Below, piece after piece: positions 58,953 to 64,000 of a stretch of DNA of 64,000 bases. Positions within the stretch are counted from its first letter, which is position 1, and every line of letters begins with the position of its first letter. Position numbers and translations under genes: made by a program. The notes beneath the pieces are model-generated. The model searched no databases. It had not been told where the DNA came from and saw nothing but the letters and a program-made list of their open reading frames with translations. Source of the stretch: an uncultured Alphaproteobacteria bacterium (GTDB taxonomy: Bacteria; Pseudomonadota; Alphaproteobacteria; HIMB59; GCA-002718135). The stretch covers positions 9,332 to 73,331 of the forward strand of contig CACDMT010000003.1 in the NCBI GenBank assembly GCA_902553945.1, written 5' to 3'.

Positions 58953-60059
58953 ATGACAATAGTAAATTCTTGGAATGAATGGGACCCACTTAAACATGTT
59001 ATTGTGGGCACAGTAGAAAATTCAAATGTGCCACCAATGGAACCTGCTTTAGAACCTAAAATAAGTAAAGATAGTGGAATGGTAGGATCTCATGGACCTA
59101 GAAGTAAAGAGTCTATAGATAAAGCAAATATTCAGTTAAATAATTTTATTAAAATTCTTGAGTCGTATAACATAAAAGTTGATCGACCAACTCCCATTGA
59201 TTTTACGAAAGTGATTGAAACTCCAGATTGGCAAAATGAAGGTCAATTTGGATGTATGCCTCCAAGGGATGTAATTTTAACAGTTGGAAATGAAATGTTA
59301 GAAGCACCAATGTCATATCGTTGTCGTTGGTTTGAGTACCTTGCTTACAGGCCTCTACTTGAAAAATATTATGATGAAGATCCTAATATGCGTTGGGAAG
59401 CTGCTCCTAAACCTCGCTTAACAAAAGCAACTTATAAATCAAATTATTTACCAGAAGGTATTACAAAAGAACAAAGGTATAAAAAAATTGAAGAAAGGGA
59501 TATGATTCTTACAGAACGGGAACCACTATTTGATGCTGCAGAAGTTTTGCGTTTTGGTAAAGATTTATTTTATCATAATAATTTTACCTCAAACTTAAAA
59601 GGTTTGAATTGGTTGCAAAGACATTTTCCAAACCATCGTGTTCATCAAATAAATTTACCTGGAGAACTAATTCCAACACATATTGATGCATGCTTTACTC
59701 CAGTTAAGCCAGGGATAATAATTATTAACCCAAACAGAAAAATTTCAAATGATCAACGAAAAATTTTTGATGATAATAAATGGGAAATACATGAAGCTGC
59801 ACCTTCTATTCATAATACTCCACCTCCTATGTGTTATTCATCTATATGGTTATCAATGAATGTTTTGATTATAAATCCTAAAACTATATGTGTTGAAGCA
59901 TCAGAGGAAAAAATGATTAAACAAATGGAGGCTTTTGGTATGGATGTAATTCCTGTCCCCTTTAGAGATGCTTATGCCTTTGGTGGAAGTCTTCATTGTG
60001 CAACTACAGATGTTTATAGAGAAGGAGAATGTGAAGATTACTTTCCTAATCAACTATGA
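58953..60059 (+). CDS. amidinotransferase of the L-arginine:glycine amidinotransferase (AGAT/StrB1/CyrA) family
   Basis: 368 aa, collinear with remembered vertebrate AGAT: NEWDPL..VIVG, MPPRD, VGNE.LEAPM..R.R.FEY.AYR, APKP, EP.FDAA, RVH.I, P.HIDA, SS.WLSMNVL and the C-terminal GGSLHCATTDV carrying the catalytic Cys. Confidence 0.85.
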   Translation: MTIVNSWNEWDPLKHVIVGTVENSNVPPMEPALEPKISKDSGMVGSHGPRSKESIDKANIQLNNFIKILESYNIKVDRPTPIDFTKVIETPDWQNEGQFGCMPPRDVILTVGNEMLEAPMSYRCRWFEYLAYRPLLEKYYDEDPNMRWEAAPKPRLTKATYKSNYLPEGITKEQRYKKIEERDMILTEREPLFDAAEVLRFGKDLFYHNNFTSNLKGLNWLQRHFPNHRVHQINLPGELIPTHIDACFTPVKPGIIIINPNRKISNDQRKIFDDNKWEIHEAAPSIHNTPPPMCYSSIWLSMNVLIINPKTICVEASEEKMIKQMEAFGMDVIPVPFRDAYAFGGSLHCATTDVYREGECEDYFPNQL

Positions 60060-60811
60060 AAAATTTTAATCAAAATAATTTTAAAGCAGATTTAAAAGAT
60101 ACTAACTACAATAAAGTAGGCGTTATAACTTTATCAACTGATTTCACAATTGAACAAGATTTCAGAAAAATATGTTATAATCTACCTGTAGATATTTTTT
60201 TTAATAGAATTCCATTTTTGAATCCTCTGACTCATGAAAATTATATCAAGATGGCAGATCATATTACTGAAACAACACATCAGATATTACCTAATGAGAA
60301 AGTTGATGTAGTAGCATATGGATGCACTTCTGGCACAATTGAAATAGGAGAAGAAAGAATAAAATCTGAAATACATAAATCTAAAGCAGACGCCTTAATA
60401 ACTACTCCAATTACTGCTGCAATTAAGGCTTTCAAATTATCGAGTTTCAAAAAAATTGCAGTTCTCACTCCTTACCCCAAAAATGTAAATATCAAAGTAT
60501 ATGACTATTTAATTAAACAAGGGTTTGATATTAAATCTTTTAGTTCATTTAATTTGAATTATGATTCTGAAATTGCAAAGGTTACACAAGATAGTTTAAT
60601 AAAATCAATTTCATCTATAGATTTAACAGAAGTTGATTGTCTATTTGTTTCTTGCACAGCTTTAAAAATTTTAGATTTAATTCAAGATTTGGAAGAAAGT
60701 TTAAAAACAAATATTATCTCAAGTAATCAAGCTATAATATGGGATTCTTTACGTTTATCAAAAACTAACAACAAAATTGATGGTTTTGGCAAACTTTTTA
60801 AATTACATTGA
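60056..60811 (+). CDS. Asp/Glu/hydantoin-racemase-superfamily protein (maleate isomerase/arylmalonate decarboxylase-like; EutA-like)
   Basis: 251 aa. Two pseudo-symmetric Cys motifs (VVAYGCTSG and LFVSCTAL) typical of this fold. ATGA overlap with the amidinotransferase gene. Confidence 0.7.
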   Translation: MKNFNQNNFKADLKDTNYNKVGVITLSTDFTIEQDFRKICYNLPVDIFFNRIPFLNPLTHENYIKMADHITETTHQILPNEKVDVVAYGCTSGTIEIGEERIKSEIHKSKADALITTPITAAIKAFKLSSFKKIAVLTPYPKNVNIKVYDYLIKQGFDIKSFSSFNLNYDSEIAKVTQDSLIKSISSIDLTEVDCLFVSCTALKILDLIQDLEESLKTNIISSNQAIIWDSLRLSKTNNKIDGFGKLFKLH

Positions 60812-60823
60812 TGTAGGTTTAAA

Positions 60824-61786
60824 TTGATTACACTTAAACAAATACAACATGCACATAAGAAAATTTTACCTTATGTTAACTATACTCCGCTAGTCCATTC
60901 TGAATATTTATCAAAAAGTTCTAAAGTAAAACTCAAATTAGAAAATTTTCAAATTACCGGATCATTCAAGTTAAGAGGTGCAGTTAATAAGTTGCTTTCT
61001 TTAAGTGAACAAGAAAAGCAAAAAGGTGTAATTGCAGTTTCTACTGGAAATCATGGAAAAGGAGTAGCTTATGCTTCAAAAGTATTAGGCATTCAATCAA
61101 CAATATATATGTCATCAATGGTTCCCAATTATAGAAAAGAAGCTATTGAAAAATTAGGTGCAAAAGTAGAGATAGTTGGAAAAAATAGTGATGAAGCAGA
61201 TCTGTTTGCTAAAGAATTTTCAAAAGAAAAAAATATTACGTTAATTCATCCCTTTGATGATGAAGATATAATTATTGGGCAAGGAACCGTAGGTCTTGAA
61301 ATGTTAAACGAGTTTCCTGAAGTTGATACTGTTATTATACCTACTTCGGGTGGAGGACTTATTTCTGGAATAGCACAAGCAATTAAACTTCAAAAACCAG
61401 ATACAAAGGTCATTGCTGTATCTATGGAAAGAGGTCCATCTATGTATGAAAGCTTAAAAAGGGGAGAGCCAGTAGATGTTGATGAAGTAGAAACTTTAGC
61501 AGACTGCTTAGGAGGAAGTATTGGCTTGGATAACAAATTTACATTTAACATCGTAAAAGAATATGTAGATGATTTCGTTTTAATAAGTGAAGAAAAAATT
61601 GCAGAGGGTATTAGAATGAATTTCATGGAACATAAAATTGTATCTGAAGGAGCAGCCGCAACAAGTGTTATGGTTGTTAAAGATAAATTAACACCACATC
61701 TTGGAAAAAATATAATTTGTTTAATTTGTGGGGGAAATATTGATTCTGAATTATTTAACAAAGTTTTAAGCCATGCTCATACTTAA
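60824..61786 (+). CDS. threonine/serine dehydratase-family PLP enzyme (EutB-like)
   Basis: TTG start, 320 aa. TPL, E..Q.TGSFKLRGA (PLP lysine), STGNHG.GVAYA and SGGGLISG phosphate loop. No ACT regulatory domain. Confidence 0.8.
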   Translation: MITLKQIQHAHKKILPYVNYTPLVHSEYLSKSSKVKLKLENFQITGSFKLRGAVNKLLSLSEQEKQKGVIAVSTGNHGKGVAYASKVLGIQSTIYMSSMVPNYRKEAIEKLGAKVEIVGKNSDEADLFAKEFSKEKNITLIHPFDDEDIIIGQGTVGLEMLNEFPEVDTVIIPTSGGGLISGIAQAIKLQKPDTKVIAVSMERGPSMYESLKRGEPVDVDEVETLADCLGGSIGLDNKFTFNIVKEYVDDFVLISEEKIAEGIRMNFMEHKIVSEGAAATSVMVVKDKLTPHLGKNIICLICGGNIDSELFNKVLSHAHT

Positions 61787-62747
61787 AAAAAAAGATATTA
61801 TTCAATATGTGACTCTTAATGAAGTCCTAATACCAATAATAGAAGAAGCTTTTATCAGTTTATCAAAAGGAAAAACTGTCATGCCCCCTATTATGAGAAT
61901 TGATATTGAAAAATATCATGGTGAATCAGATGTTAAGGCTGCTTATGTTGAAGGCTTGGATAGTTTTGCGATAAAAATAGCGTCTGGTTTTTTTGATAAT
62001 CCTAAATTAGGCTTACCATCTAGTAATGGATTAATGGTTCTGCTAGACTCTGAGACTGGAGTTATAAAATCTGTCTTATTAGATGAGGGATATTTAACAG
62101 ATACGAGAACTGCAATAGCAGGTGCAATAGCTTCAAAATACTTATCAAATCAAGACTCTAATACTGTTGGAATTATTGGAGCTGGAATTCAAGCAAGGTT
62201 ACAATTGAAAGCAATCTTATTAGTAAGAAAAATTAACAAAATAAATATATGGGCACGAGACCAAGTTAAAGCTACTCAATTTGTAGATAGTCTAAAAGAT
62301 TTAAAAATTGAAATAAACATATCTCAATCTTGTAAGGATTTAGCTAGTGTTTCAGATATCATTATTACAACAACTCCAAGTAAAAAACCTCTTTTAGAAT
62401 TTGATTGGATTAAAAAGGGCACTCATATAACAGCTATGGGATCTGATGCTGAACAAAAAAATGAATTACATCCAAATATAATAAAACTATGTGATACGTA
62501 TGTCCCAGATAGTCAACATCAAACAACTATCTTAGGAGAATTAAACCATGCCATTAAGGAAAATTTAATATCACCTAATGATAAATTCAATGATCTTGGA
62601 AGTATAATTATTGATCCAAGTTTGGGAAGAAAAAATAAAGAAGACATTACAATATGTGATTTGACAGGAACGGGTGTTCAAGATACTGCGATAGCAAGAT
62701 ATACATATAATATCTGTAAAAAAAATAATTTAGGCATTAAAATTTAA
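61773..62747 (+). CDS. ornithine cyclodeaminase/mu-crystallin-family NAD(P) enzyme (EutC-like)
   Basis: 324 aa. LTD.RTA.A.A.A.KYL, Rossmann GIIGAGIQAR, +ITT.T.S..P and H+.AMGSD....ELHP motifs. 14-nt overlap with the preceding gene. Confidence 0.8.
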   Translation: MLILKKKDIIQYVTLNEVLIPIIEEAFISLSKGKTVMPPIMRIDIEKYHGESDVKAAYVEGLDSFAIKIASGFFDNPKLGLPSSNGLMVLLDSETGVIKSVLLDEGYLTDTRTAIAGAIASKYLSNQDSNTVGIIGAGIQARLQLKAILLVRKINKINIWARDQVKATQFVDSLKDLKIEINISQSCKDLASVSDIIITTTPSKKPLLEFDWIKKGTHITAMGSDAEQKNELHPNIIKLCDTYVPDSQHQTTILGELNHAIKENLISPNDKFNDLGSIIIDPSLGRKNKEDITICDLTGTGVQDTAIARYTYNICKKNNLGIKI

Positions 62748-62750
62748 TCT

Positions 62751-64000
62751 ATGAGTCAAGCTGTAATTAACAAAACATCTGATTACTTTAAATCAAAAGG
62801 AGTTGTCCTACCAAGTATTAAGGAATTGCAAAATCCTAAAACTATTAATGAGGATATAAAAAATTCTCTTAAAAAAATTAATAATAATGAAGCTAATCCA
62901 TTAAATTTATTTAGAGTTCATTGGTTTAACAAAAAAGATCAGTCAGGTTTTGCAGACGAACCTGAGCACATTGTACTCCCATCAGAATTTACAGGAGTAA
63001 AAGCAAAAATCATTGTAAACATGGGTAGATATTTCCCTTTAATAACAGCCCATAAGGTTTTAGCTGCATATGGTTGCCTACTTCCAAGAATATTAAATGG
63101 TACTTTTGATTATGAAAAACATAAAGCTGTTTGGCCATCTACAGGCAATTACTGTAGAGGTGGAGTTGCTATTTCACGTATTATGGGACTTAGTAGTATC
63201 GCTATACTTCCAGAGGGAATGAGTAATGAAAGATTTGAGTGGCTTAATAATTGGGTTGAAGATAAAAAAAATATCATAAAGACAAAAGGAACTGAAAGTA
63301 ATGTTAAGGAAATTTACGATGCTTGTAATGAATTAAAAAAAGACAATAAGAATGATATAATTAATCAATTTGATGAATATTATAATTATGGAATTCATCG
63401 TTCAGTAACAGGCCCATCATTTGAAAAATCATTTTTAAAGGTTAAAGGTAATAGTAATTTAACACCAAGATTTTATGTCAGTGCATCAGGTTCGAGCGGC
63501 ACCTTAGCTGCTGGTGATTATCTTAAAGACAAATATCAAACAAAAATTGCAGTTGTAGAAGCTCTAGAATGTCCAACTTTACTTCATGGTGGTTATGGTG
63601 AACATAATATTCAAGGTATAGGAGATAAACACGTCCCGCTAATTCATAATGTAATGAATACTGATTTTGTAGTTGATGTTTCTGATCAAGCCACAAACAA
63701 TCTTAACATGATTTTTAATACTGTTATTGGAAGAAAATTTTTAATAGAGCGAAAAAATTTTGATCCTGTCTTTGTTTCTAGGCTGCCTGAATTTGGTTTT
63801 TCTGCAATAGCTAACATAATTGCTTCAATAAAACTTGCAAAATATATGGATTTAAATAGCAATGATGCAATTATAACGGTTGCTACAGATGGTGCTGATT
63901 TGTACATGTCAGAATTAAATAAAACAATAAACGAATTTAAAAATAATTATGATGAAATTTTATGTGCTGAATTATACGGAAAGCACTTATTAGGTTTATC
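62751..64000 (+). CDS. long CysK/CBS-fold (fold-type II) PLP-dependent enzyme, 5' partial view (runs off the window; absent from ORF track)
   Basis: My own translation from ATG 62751 gives 416 codons without a stop to the window end: MSQAVINKTSDYFKSKGVVLPSIKEL...NLFRVHWFN...ITAHKVLAAYG...PSTGNYCRGGVAISRIMGL...SASGSSGTLAAG...EHNIQGIGDKHVP... The STGN..G.A, glycine-rich loop and H.IQGIGD..+P segments parallel O-acetylserine sulfhydrylase. It has an extra N-terminal region of about 85 aa. Confidence 0.75.
   Translation, partial: MSQAVINKTSDYFKSKGVVLPSIKELQNPKTINEDIKNSLKKINNNEANPLNLFRVHWFNKKDQSGFADEPEHIVLPSEFTGVKAKIIVNMGRYFPLITAHKVLAAYGCLLPRILNGTFDYEKHKAVWPSTGNYCRGGVAISRIMGLSSIAILPEGMSNERFEWLNNWVEDKKNIIKTKGTESNVKEIYDACNELKKDNKNDIINQFDEYYNYGIHRSVTGPSFEKSFLKVKGNSNLTPRFYVSASGSSGTLAAGDYLKDKYQTKIAVVEALECPTLLHGGYGEHNIQGIGDKHVPLIHNVMNTDFVVDVSDQATNNLNMIFNTVIGRKFLIERKNFDPVFVSRLPEFGFSAIANIIASIKLAKYMDLNSNDAIITVATDGADLYMSELNKTINEFKNNYDEILCAELYGKHLLGL

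Overview
Very AT-rich (about 70% A+T by eye), extremely gene-dense alphaproteobacterial chromosome segment. Gene order, tiny intergenic spacers and frequent ATGA/TAATG overlaps look like a SAR11/Pelagibacterales-type streamlined genome; this is an inference, as no search was run.

Layout:
- 1-5.2 kb: housekeeping genes (xseB, tlyA, aroC, fabI, pdxH, pyrE, usp).
- 5.9-20.2 kb: a molybdenum/tungsten cofactor island. It holds a cytoplasm-facing three-subunit Mo-bisPGD oxidoreductase that I read as SoeABC-type sulfite dehydrogenase, co-transcribed with a TauE sulfite exporter. It also holds mobA, fdhD, an orphan TupB-like permease, mobB, moeA, a TusA-like sulfur carrier and a two-subunit NAD-linked formate dehydrogenase.
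- 20.2-50.2 kb: the classical translation/transcription core. It runs tRNA-Thr, rlmB, tRNA-Tyr/Gly-tuf-tRNA-Trp-secE-nusG-rplKAJL-rpoBC, then rpsL-rpsG-fusA fused directly to the S10-spc-alpha ribosomal protein operons.
- 50.2-58.9 kb: crcB, a pseudouridine synthase, lipB, tRNA-Leu, mgtE, gshA, gshB, bioY, a ROK kinase and gabD.
- 58.9-64.0 kb: the most unusual part. A tightly packed operon is led by an arginine:glycine-amidinotransferase homologue. An EutA/EutB/EutC-like racemase, dehydratase and imine-reductase trio follows, then a long CysK-fold PLP enzyme that runs off the window and is missing from the ORF track.

I saw no rRNA, CRISPR array, transposase, integrase, phage or recognisable defence genes. 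Most of the window is ordinary core genome. The candidate novel biology is the amidinotransferase/Eut-like operon, and to a lesser degree the Soe/TauE and orphan permease arrangement.

All product calls rest on motifs and remembered homologue sequences, not on database searches.
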